From positions 5,185 through 69,184 of the forward strand of contig CAYGWB010000002.1 in NCBI GenBank assembly GCA_964353775.1: 64,000 nt of DNA, read 5' to 3'. Position 1 is the first letter of the stretch. Each line of letters starts with the position of its first letter. Positions 18,439 through 26,086 of the stretch are shown one piece after another. This DNA is from an uncultured archaeon. Its GTDB lineage: Archaea; Aenigmatarchaeota; Aenigmatarchaeia; Aenigmatarchaeales; JAHLMS01. The notes beneath the pieces are model-generated. The model did not search any database. It saw only the letters and a program-made list of their open reading frames with translations, and had not been told where the DNA came from. Position numbers and translations under genes: made by a program.

Positions 18439-18789
18439 TTATAATTCGACGAACTTGAGGTTCGGGTTCGGATTTCCGAGCGGGCATGCGAACTTACTGT
18501 CACCCGGTTTGTATCCCTTACACCAATCATAATAACACATGCGCTGGCCGCAGACATCCGAAAAACCGTAGAAGTTGGTCGTCTTGGATTCTCCGCCAAC
18601 CTTGTCCTTCCTCGTGACCTTCAGCATGTCCATTTTCCTGTATCCCATCACGAACGACGATTTGAGATTCGTCGGTGTCGGGTTCGTTATGCCCAGCTCC
18701 TTGCAATAGGCCTCGATGGTCTTCATCTTTTCCGGATTGTCCATTGCGTGTTTCATTATCTTATCCATCACGTCGTCCCTGGATGTCAT
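18439..18789 (-). CDS. cysteine-rich hypothetical protein (CX4C...CX5C pattern, candidate metal-binding)
   Basis: ORF with C-terminal CGQRMCYYDWC...FACP cluster; no family recognised. Confidence 0.4.
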   Translation of the reverse strand: MTSRDDVMDKIMKHAMDNPEKMKTIEAYCKELGITNPTPTNLKSSFVMGYRKMDMLKVTRKDKVGGESKTTNFYGFSDVCGQRMCYYDWCKGYKPGDSKFACPLGNPNPNLKFVEL

Positions 18790-18831
18790 GAAAACCAGTT
18801 AACCCGCAATCTTTTTAAGTTATACTACATA

Positions 18832-19461
18832 ATGTGGGGCATGCAAACAGGAGATTTCATACGGCTTGCCTACACGGCAAAGCTGAAGGAGACCAAACAG
18901 GTCATAGACCAAGCGGACAACGCTGTCGTGATAATCGGCGCCGGTTATGTGCTGCCGGGGGTGGATTTGGCCGTGGCCGGACTTACGATCGGTGAGAAGA
19001 AGACCGTGGAGATACAGCCCGATCAGGCGTTCGGAACAAGGGACCAGAAAATGGTGAAGCTCGTCCCGGAAGCTGAGTTCAGAAGGCACGGCACGAAGCC
19101 AGTGCCCGGAATGCCCATCGAGGCAGACGGCACGCGAGGTCGAGTAATCAGCGTCACGAGCGGACGAGTGACAGTCGACTTCAACCATCCGCTGGCCGGC
19201 AAGGTCCTCGTCTTCGACCTGGAAGTGAAAAAGAAGATGGATCTGCTGGACGAGAAGATAAAGGGCATATTCGAGTTCTACGCGCGACAGCCGGCCGACA
19301 AGGTCGTCGTAAAAGTGTCCGGAACCGAGGTCGAGCTCGATGCGCCGCCTATGGCCATGCATCCCGTCTTCAGGAAGAAGATAGCGGACGACATAATGAA
19401 GTGGCTGGACCTGACGAAAGTCAAGTTCGCGGAAGTTTTTGAGAAGCCGAAGGAACAGTAG
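18832..19461 (+). CDS. FKBP-type peptidyl-prolyl cis-trans isomerase (archaeal long type with IF insert)
   Basis: FKBP core (GAGYVLPGVDLAVAGLTIGE), insert-in-flap segment, C-terminal extension; start ATG 18832 or 18841. Confidence 0.75.
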   Translation: MWGMQTGDFIRLAYTAKLKETKQVIDQADNAVVIIGAGYVLPGVDLAVAGLTIGEKKTVEIQPDQAFGTRDQKMVKLVPEAEFRRHGTKPVPGMPIEADGTRGRVISVTSGRVTVDFNHPLAGKVLVFDLEVKKKMDLLDEKIKGIFEFYARQPADKVVVKVSGTEVELDAPPMAMHPVFRKKIADDIMKWLDLTKVKFAEVFEKPKEQ

Positions 19462-19553
19462 CATTATAAATTTGCTTATAATTTTCTGGATAATTTTAAA
19501 TAGCTCGTTCACGTTTAGTTCATATAATAAGTTCTGTTTAATGGGGTGATTTT

Positions 19554-20639
19554 ATGGCTGTGCGAGCGCATGAAGGGGAGTCGAGCTCTCGAACGGCTAC
19601 CGTGGATGAGGATCTGCGGAAGCTGTTGGAAGCGAGGAAGGCTGAAATAAAGGTCGTCGGAATCGGCGGTGCGGGAAACAACACGGTCAGCCGAATGATG
19701 CAGGTCGGTATCGTCGGCGTTGAGGTCGTTGCAATAAACACCGACGCGCAGGATTTGCTTTACACTGATGCTGATGCTAAAATTCTCATAGGAAAAGAGC
19801 TCACCAGGGGGCTGGGAGCAGGCGCGGACCCGCATGTCGGAATGGAGTCGGCGAAGGAGAGCAAGGACGAGCTGAAGGACGCGCTCACAGGAGCGGACAT
19901 GGTATTCATCACATGCGGACTCGGAGGCGGAACTGGAACTGGCGCGAGCCCGATCGTTGCGGACGTCGCAAAAAAGATGGGAGCGCTTACGGTCGCTGTC
20001 GTTACTCTGCCGTTCACCATGGAAGGAAAGGGTAGGATGGAGAACGCGAAGTACGGACTGGAAGAGCTGGAGAACATTGTGGACACGCTGATAGTCGTGC
20101 CGAACGACAAGCTGCTGGAGATCGTACCGGACGTAAGCATAATGACCGCGTTCAAGGTCAGCGACGAGATTCTTGTTAACGCCGTCAAGGGAATAGCCGA
20201 ACTTGTGACAAAGCCCGGACTGGTCAACCTGGACTTCGCAGACATCAAGGCTGTCATGGGAACGGGCGGACTGGCCATGATAGGCATGGGCGAGTCCGAC
20301 TCGGAGAACCGAGCGGTCGAGGCCGTCGAGAAGGCTCTGAACAACCCGCTGCTGGACGTAGAAGTCGAAGGCGCGAACGGCGCGCTGATAAACGTGGCCG
20401 GTGGAACGGACATGACTATCCGAGAGTGCCAGGAGATTGTCGAGGCCGTCAGCTCGAAGCTGGCTCCGGACGCCAAGATCATCTGGGGAGCGCAGATCGT
20501 CAAGGAAATGGGCGACACTGTGCGCGCGATGATGATAATCACCGGCGTCAAGTCCAACCAAATATACGGACCGCAGAAGCCGATATCCAAGGAGAAGGCG
20601 AAGGAAATAGAGAAGATACTGGGCATTGATTTCGTGTAG
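19554..20639 (+). CDS. ftsZ: cell division GTPase FtsZ
   Basis: Tubulin signature GGGTGTG, T7 loop, N-terminal GIGGAGNN. Confidence 0.9.
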   Translation: MAVRAHEGESSSRTATVDEDLRKLLEARKAEIKVVGIGGAGNNTVSRMMQVGIVGVEVVAINTDAQDLLYTDADAKILIGKELTRGLGAGADPHVGMESAKESKDELKDALTGADMVFITCGLGGGTGTGASPIVADVAKKMGALTVAVVTLPFTMEGKGRMENAKYGLEELENIVDTLIVVPNDKLLEIVPDVSIMTAFKVSDEILVNAVKGIAELVTKPGLVNLDFADIKAVMGTGGLAMIGMGESDSENRAVEAVEKALNNPLLDVEVEGANGALINVAGGTDMTIRECQEIVEAVSSKLAPDAKIIWGAQIVKEMGDTVRAMMIITGVKSNQIYGPQKPISKEKAKEIEKILGIDFV

Positions 20640-20647
20640 TTGAAAAA

Positions 20648-20875
20648 ATGACAACTTATATGATTACGGATCGTGGACTGCGTATTGTCAGGAATCCGAA
20701 GAGCCCGATATATGAAGGCGTTTCGCCGGAAGCTTTGAAGATATTGGATGAGGTGCTCGACGAACTTGTTCCAAAATCGGCCTTGATAATCGCCTATGAA
20801 AAGAGCGAGAACTTAACATCTGCTGAGGCGCAGGCAGATTTCGAGCGCAAAAGGAAAGAGCTGGGAGCGGTGTAA
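20648..20875 (+). CDS. small hypothetical protein downstream of ftsZ
   Basis: ORF only; 9 nt after ftsZ stop. Confidence 0.35.
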   Translation: MTTYMITDRGLRIVRNPKSPIYEGVSPEALKILDEVLDELVPKSALIIAYEKSENLTSAEAQADFERKRKELGAV

Positions 20876-20907
20876 TTATCCCGCATATTGATTATATTTA
20901 AATACTC

Positions 20908-21246
20908 TTGCCTTCAATAGAAATCAGTTCTGAGGTTTTATCCATGAACGACGAGGTATCGCAACCTGAAGGCGGACAACCGCAGCCTGCGCCACAGCCG
21001 CAGCCCCAGCCGAAGGCAGAGCAAAAGAAACCCGAGGCTCCGAAGGGCCCTGGAATATTTGAAAAAATAAAGAACAGGCTGCTGAACTACAGGCGGGTGC
21101 TGGAGGTCAGCAGAAAGCCGGACAAGGACGAGCTTACAAGCACGGCCAGGGTCGTCGGATTGGGCATCGCAATAATAGGCGTAATGGGCTTCATCATATC
21201 GCTTATATATCTGTTTATAACAAGTTTGGCTGGTATGGGTGTTTGA
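20908..21246 (+). CDS. secE: protein translocase subunit SecE/Sec61-gamma (with Pro/Gln-rich N-terminal extension)
   Basis: Single C-terminal TM helix after conserved basic region; conserved secE-spt5-L11 neighbourhood. Confidence 0.7.
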   Translation: MPSIEISSEVLSMNDEVSQPEGGQPQPAPQPQPQPKAEQKKPEAPKGPGIFEKIKNRLLNYRRVLEVSRKPDKDELTSTARVVGLGIAIIGVMGFIISLIYLFITSLAGMGV

Positions 21247-21705
21247 ATGATATGGACAATACGGACAACGGTCGGCCGTGAGAACGCGGTGCTCGAGACG
21301 CTTGCGTCCAAGGTAAAAAACACCGGCGTGGCCGTCGCCACGCTCCTGCATCCGGCCGAGCTGAAGGGCTACATATTCATCGAGGGCGAGCCTGCGGCCA
21401 TAGAGGCAACGATAGCAGGCATACCGCATGTTCGCGGACTCATACGCAAAGAAATAATGGTCGGCGAGCTCAAGAAGTTCCTGGAGATGAGGGCCGCTGA
21501 GATAAAGGTGAACCGCGGAGACATCATAGAGATCGTCGGCGGACCGTTCAAGAACGAGCGCGGAAGAGTGACAAGAGTGGACACGGCCAAGAACGAGATC
21601 ACGATCGAGCTGCTCGAGGCGGCGATACCGATACCTATAACCGTCGCTACCGACATGGTCAAGCTCATAGAGAGCGCGGAGAAGGCGGAGGCAAAGACAG
21701 CGTGA
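21247..21705 (+). CDS. spt5: transcription elongation factor Spt5 (NusG homolog)
   Basis: NGN domain plus KOW motif GDIIEIVGGPFKNERGRV. Confidence 0.85.
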   Translation: MIWTIRTTVGRENAVLETLASKVKNTGVAVATLLHPAELKGYIFIEGEPAAIEATIAGIPHVRGLIRKEIMVGELKKFLEMRAAEIKVNRGDIIEIVGGPFKNERGRVTRVDTAKNEITIELLEAAIPIPITVATDMVKLIESAEKAEAKTA

Positions 21706-21709
21706 TTTT

Positions 21710-22228
21710 ATGGGAAAGATTTCAATAAAAGCACTGGTCGAAGGCGGGAAAGCGATACCAGGTCCGCCGCTCGGGCCGGCGCTGGCCATGCATAAGGTCA
21801 ACATCGGGCAGGTAGTCGCCGCGATAAACGAGAAGACTAAAGATTTCAAAGGAATCACGGTCCCGGTGGAGGTCATAATAGACCCGGCGACCAAGTCGTT
21901 CGAGATAAAGGTCGGCACGCCGCCCGTTTCTGCTCTGATAAAGAAGGAACTCAAGGTCGAGAAGCTCGCGCTGACGCCTTGGTCAACGCCGCCTGTCAAG
22001 GAGGGCGAGTCGCCGAAGGCGCCGTTCACCGGCGATCTGCCTTTCGAGGCTGCCGTAAAAATCGCAAAGGCCAAGCTGGACGCACTTGGAACGAAGTCAC
22101 TGAAGAACGCAGTGAAACAGGTCATCGGAACGTGCATGAGCGTAGGGGCGACAGTAGAAGGCAAGAACCCGAAGGACCTTATCAAAGAGATAGACGCAGG
22201 CAAATGGGACGCCAAAATCAAAGGTTAA
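21710..22228 (+). CDS. rpl11: 50S ribosomal protein L11
   Basis: GPPLGPALAMHKVNIGQV N-terminal domain signature. Confidence 0.9.
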   Translation: MGKISIKALVEGGKAIPGPPLGPALAMHKVNIGQVVAAINEKTKDFKGITVPVEVIIDPATKSFEIKVGTPPVSALIKKELKVEKLALTPWSTPPVKEGESPKAPFTGDLPFEAAVKIAKAKLDALGTKSLKNAVKQVIGTCMSVGATVEGKNPKDLIKEIDAGKWDAKIKG

Positions 22229-22235
22229 ATCCTTT

Positions 22236-22757
22236 TTGTTACAAACTTCTGGCATGTCTTTGGCCAAGCTGTTCTGGATATTGGCCGTGCTGAACATAGT
22301 GTTCATTGCGCTGGCCGCGCTCGGCTATCCCGTGATAATCGTTGTTGCCGTTCTGCTGCTGGTGGACATAATGATGCTCGAGGTCAACAGGCAGACCGAG
22401 AAGCAGAAGCTGATCGACGAAGTGAAGAGCACTATCAACTCGCTGAGCGACAAGATAGAGAGCGCCGTTTCGAAGATGACCGGTTCCGGCAATGAGAACC
22501 TGGTAGAGGCGAGATTACGACAGCACGAGAACAACATCAGCAGCCAGCTGGACACGTTGCGCAGCTTTATACGGGCCGATATAAAGGACGCGCTGGACAA
22601 GATGGCTGGCAAGATGATTCACATCGAGAACAAGCTCAACCAGACGAAGAAGACGCTCGGAGCGGCCGTGGCTGTATTTGACGAGCGCATGGGTGCCATT
22701 GAGAGCGATGAACCGGAAGACGAGCCTGTCGGGCTAGAACCGACGGACGAGTTATGA
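22236..22757 (+). CDS. membrane-anchored coiled-coil protein, unknown function (inserted between L11 and L1)
   Basis: Two N-terminal TM helices then heptad-rich region; 8 nt after rpl11. Confidence 0.45.
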   Translation: MLQTSGMSLAKLFWILAVLNIVFIALAALGYPVIIVVAVLLLVDIMMLEVNRQTEKQKLIDEVKSTINSLSDKIESAVSKMTGSGNENLVEARLRQHENNISSQLDTLRSFIRADIKDALDKMAGKMIHIENKLNQTKKTLGAAVAVFDERMGAIESDEPEDEPVGLEPTDEL

Positions 22758-22905
22758 TGCTATGGAAATTAGAAATTATGTGTTTGGAACTGCCATGTGT
22801 TTTGTGAAATATTTGAACTGTTATATGAAATACGGCGACATCCACAAGGCGGCCTGGTCTTCAGACATCTATGATAAAATCGATTTCAAAAGAAAGTGAA
22901 AGTAT

Positions 22906-23337
22906 CTAGTCGTAAACGTGTACCTCGTCCTTTGGATCAAATCTCGGTTTCACTATCAGTTCTATTTCCATGCTCTTTCCACGCGGAATGAGCTTTCTTA
23001 CAAAATGTGGCGGTATCTCTACCGCATCTTCAGGCAAAAACTCACGGACTTTGCGTACGTCACCATAGCTGACTTCAATCGCTCCTTCTGTAACAAAATA
23101 GATTGTGTCCGTCTGCGTCTTGTATTTGTGGCCGTCCGTCGGTTTTTGAAACCTCAGCCCGATATATGTAACGTCTTTCTCTTTGCTCTCGTCCTCAGAC
23201 ATAAACGGTTTCAGAAGTATGTCATTCTCCTGTCCAATCCAATCGGATCTTATTTTCTTCTTCAAGCCCAAAAATTTCTTATATTCCACGAAGTCAGCTC
23301 GTGCGAGCATTGTCAATCCATCAGAAACGGTGCTCAT
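22906..23337 (-). CDS. cupin-domain protein
   Basis: Conserved two-motif beta-barrel region (HKYKTQTDTIYFVTEGAIEV ... PHFV). Confidence 0.5.
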   Translation of the reverse strand: MSTVSDGLTMLARADFVEYKKFLGLKKKIRSDWIGQENDILLKPFMSEDESKEKDVTYIGLRFQKPTDGHKYKTQTDTIYFVTEGAIEVSYGDVRKVREFLPEDAVEIPPHFVRKLIPRGKSMEIELIVKPRFDPKDEVHVYD

Positions 23338-23386
23338 ATTTGTGTATTAATCTGTAAACTTTAAATAGTCTTCTTACAGACTATCA

Positions 23387-23404
23387 GTACTGCTTCGGCA
23401 GTAG
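23387..23404 (+). promoter_or_regulatory. stable UUCG-tetraloop hairpin (GTACTGC-TTCG-GCAGTA) in the rpl1 5' leader; candidate L1 autoregulatory site
   Basis: Perfect 6-bp stem with TTCG loop 16 nt upstream of the L1 ATG; TATA-like CTTTAAATAG at 23358-23367. Confidence 0.35.
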
Positions 23405-23419
23405 CATGGTGCGAATACT

Positions 23420-24070
23420 ATGGCTGAGACAAACATCATCGAGAATATCAAAAAGGCTAGGGAGACCGCTCCGAAAAGGAACTTCAAGCAGACGTTCGAC
23501 CTGGCCATCAATCTGAAGTCAATTGACCTCAAGAAGCCGGATAACAGGATAAAGACCGAAGTGGTCCTGCCCGAAGGCACTGGACGGGCGCTTAAGGTCG
23601 GAGTAATTGTCGACAACCTCTTTCCGAAGGCGCAGAAGCTCGGCGACAGTATAACTCTTATTCGAAGGGACGAGCTGGACGGACTGGCACGCAACAAGCG
23701 CGCCGCCAAGAAGCTCGCTGGCGAATGCGTCTCTTTCCTGGCAGAATCTACGCTCATGCCTGCGATCGGAAAGGCGCTCGGACCTGTTCTTGCACCGCGC
23801 GGACTGATGCCGAAGCCGATACCGCCCACTGTTCCTGATCTAAAGCCGATCGTTGACCGTGCGGCCACGACTGTACGTCTGACCGTCAAGGACAGCCCGG
23901 TGCTGCACTGCGCTGTCGGGACGGAGGAGATGGCGGACGAGAAAGTTGCCGAGAACATATCTGCCGTGCTCAAGGCAATTGAGGCTGCTTTACCGAAGGG
24001 CAAGGAGCAGATGAAGAACGCGGTCATCAAGCTCACTATGGGCAAACCGGTAAAATTCGAGGTCGGATGA
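23420..24070 (+). CDS. rpl1: 50S ribosomal protein L1
   Basis: L1 family conserved blocks; gene order L1-L10-L12. Confidence 0.9.
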   Translation: MAETNIIENIKKARETAPKRNFKQTFDLAINLKSIDLKKPDNRIKTEVVLPEGTGRALKVGVIVDNLFPKAQKLGDSITLIRRDELDGLARNKRAAKKLAGECVSFLAESTLMPAIGKALGPVLAPRGLMPKPIPPTVPDLKPIVDRAATTVRLTVKDSPVLHCAVGTEEMADEKVAENISAVLKAIEAALPKGKEQMKNAVIKLTMGKPVKFEVG

Positions 24071-24071
24071 T

Positions 24072-24950
24072 ATGGTAGGCCGAGCAAAACGAATGGAGAG
24101 GCTGGCAAAGAAGACTAAGCGCGAACCTAACAAAACAAAGGTCGACGCAGTCGATTCCCTATCGAACGAGCTAAGGACAGCTGGCGTCATCGCCGTACTA
24201 AGCATGCACAAGCTCCCGGCGTCCGCTCTGCAGAAAGTGAAACGCGAGCTGTCCGGCAAGGTCAACATACGATTCAACAAGAAGTGCGTGCTTTCATTCG
24301 CGCTGACGAAGGCCGGAAAGGAGAACATGATACAATACCTGGGCAACCATCCGGCGCTGCTGGTCACGAACATGAACCCGTTCAAGCTCTACAAGTTCCT
24401 ACAGACGAACAAATCGTCCTGCGCCGCTAAGGCGGGCGATATCGCACCTAAGGACATCGAGGTGAAGGCAGGACCAACGGACCTGATGCCCGGACCTGCG
24501 ATAAGCACACTCACAAAGGTCGGAGTGCCTGCGAAGGTCGAGGCCGGAAAGATAGCTGTCATGAAGGACAAGGTCGTCTGCAAGGCGGGCGCGACCGTAA
24601 CCGCAGACCTTGCCGCGGCCATGCAGCTGCTGAAGATGGAGCCGATGGAAATCGGTTTCAATCTGGTCGTTGCCAACGAAGGACCGCTGGTATACATGCC
24701 GGACGTGCTGGCGATTGACGAGTCAAAAGTGCTGGCCGAATTGGGCCTGGCAGTATCCCAGGCCGTCAACCTGTCCGTCAATTCAGGGTGGCCGACAAAG
24801 CAGACCATAGAAATAATGGTGAGGAAGGCGTTCGCGAACGCCAAGGCAGTCGGCATCGAAGGAAATGTGCTTGACGAGGGAATCATAGGCGATCTGCTTG
24901 CGAAAGCGAAAGCGCAGGCGGACACGATTTACGCTAAAATAAAATTTTGA
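24072..24950 (+). CDS. rpl10: 50S ribosomal protein L10 / acidic protein P0
   Basis: P0 N-terminal rRNA-binding domain and Ala-rich C-terminus; position in operon. Confidence 0.85.
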   Translation: MVGRAKRMERLAKKTKREPNKTKVDAVDSLSNELRTAGVIAVLSMHKLPASALQKVKRELSGKVNIRFNKKCVLSFALTKAGKENMIQYLGNHPALLVTNMNPFKLYKFLQTNKSSCAAKAGDIAPKDIEVKAGPTDLMPGPAISTLTKVGVPAKVEAGKIAVMKDKVVCKAGATVTADLAAAMQLLKMEPMEIGFNLVVANEGPLVYMPDVLAIDESKVLAELGLAVSQAVNLSVNSGWPTKQTIEIMVRKAFANAKAVGIEGNVLDEGIIGDLLAKAKAQADTIYAKIKF

Positions 24951-24964
24951 AGGAGGTGAAAATT

Positions 24965-25264
24965 GTGGAGTTAATATACACCGCGCTGTTGTTGCATGCG
25001 ACGAAGAGCCCGATAAACGAGGCGAACGTGGCGAAGGTACTTACGGCCGCTGGAGCATCAGCTGACCCAGCGAAGGTAAAGGCGCTCGTGGCGAGCATGG
25101 AAGGCCTGAACATAGAAGAGGCCATAGCGAAGGCCGCGATGCCAGTAGCTGTCGCAGCACCTGCCGCAGCCGCACCTGCCGAGAAGAAGGAAGAGAAGAA
25201 AGAGGAAGAGACCGCGAAGAAGGCGGAAGAGGCAGCTGCCGGTCTTGGAGCCCTGTTCGGTTGA
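24965..25264 (+). CDS. rpl12: 50S ribosomal protein L12 / P1 (stalk protein)
   Basis: GTG start 6 nt after SD AGGAGGTGA (track ORF starts at upstream TTG); [11 protein letters not shown]-terminus, Ala/Glu/Lys-rich hinge, C-terminal GLGALFG. Confidence 0.85.
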   Translation: MELIYTALLLHATKSPINEANVAKVLTAAGASADPAKVKALVASMEGLNIEEAIAKAAMPVAVAAPAAAAPAEKKEEKKEEETAKKAEEAAAGLGALFG

Positions 25265-25267
25265 GAA

Positions 25268-25280
25268 TTAGTTTTTTCTG
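25268..25280 (+). terminator. oligo-T archaeal terminator after rpl12 (convergent with pyrH)
   Basis: TTAGTTTTTTCTG: T6 run 4-16 nt after stop codon. Confidence 0.5.
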
Positions 25281-25320
25281 TGATACCGAGGGCTTCGAAA
25301 TACGGATAGCTGCCACAGCG

Positions 25321-26025
25321 TCAGCCGATGGTAGTGCCTACGAACGGCTTACCTAGGAAGAAGCTCTCCAAATTCTGCAAATTAGTCCCGTTCATAATTA
25401 TCACTTTCATCCCGAGTCTTGACGCTTCCTTCGCCGCGATTGGGTCGAACGGCGTGGAAAGGCCGGGCGACCATTTGCCGCCGATTATTTTTTTGAACTC
25501 GGGCCAGCTTAGGTTCTCGAATGCGATCGCATTAGGGTATTTCCTCGGATCCTTGTCATAGACGTAGTCCACGTTCGTGAGGTTGATTATGATTTTCGAT
25601 CCCAGGTTCTTAGCCAGCAGAACGGAATCGTAGTCGGTGGACCAGCCGGGCTTCCATCCGGCCGCTACAAGTACGTCCTGCTTCAGCCTTACCTTCTTTG
25701 TCGGGTTCTCGACGATGATCGGATGGGCCTTTCGACCGAACAGGAGCTTCACCAGGTTGGCATTCAGCCTCGTCACAAAAATTCCGAGCCAGTCCCGTTC
25801 GACATCAGGCGCGCCGAGCTCGCTGGCGGCAAGCTGATACTTTCTCGCGATCTTTCCTCCGCCGACATAGACGGCGAACCTCCTTGTTTTCAGCTGCCCC
25901 AGAACCAATTGGCGAAACCTCTTCAGATACGCGACGTCGATCTCGCCGGGCGCTACCAATGAGCCGCCCAAAGAAAGAACCACGGTTTCCCTGTCCCTCG
26001 GCATGCTTATAGTTGTGCCGGGCAT
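25321..26025 (-). CDS. pyrH: UMP kinase (uridylate kinase)
   Basis: Amino-acid-kinase fold, LSLGGSLV ... YVGGG motifs typical of archaeal PyrH. Confidence 0.8.
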   Translation of the reverse strand: MPGTTISMPRDRETVVLSLGGSLVAPGEIDVAYLKRFRQLVLGQLKTRRFAVYVGGGKIARKYQLAASELGAPDVERDWLGIFVTRLNANLVKLLFGRKAHPIIVENPTKKVRLKQDVLVAAGWKPGWSTDYDSVLLAKNLGSKIIINLTNVDYVYDKDPRKYPNAIAFENLSWPEFKKIIGGKWSPGLSTPFDPIAAKEASRLGMKVIIMNGTNLQNLESFFLGKPFVGTTIG

Positions 26026-26055
26026 ATAAAATGTTTTGCGTCAACTTCAGCACCA

Positions 26056-26065
26056 TTTTTATATC
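26056..26065. promoter_or_regulatory. shared AT-rich TATA element (TTTTTATATC) in the 61-bp divergent pyrH / alaS intergenic region
   Basis: About 25 nt upstream of alaS ATG 26087 and about 35 nt upstream of pyrH ATG on the opposite strand. Confidence 0.45.
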
Positions 26066-26086
26066 TGGATTTACTATATTGGAACT

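Noticed and set aside
19515-22221. Long minus-strand ORFs (19515-20654, 19760-20626, 20938-22221)
   Set aside because: Antisense to ftsZ, secE, spt5 and rpl11, which have strong family signatures; the minus-strand products are Ser/Ala-rich junk.
22758-22905. Intergenic region with short direct repeats (TGTGTTTGGAACTG / TGTGTTTTG...GAACTG) and UGAUA / CUGA elements; considered as a box C/D sRNA
   Set aside because: C box does not match RUGAUGA, and no terminal stem or guide region could be recognised by eye; left unassigned.
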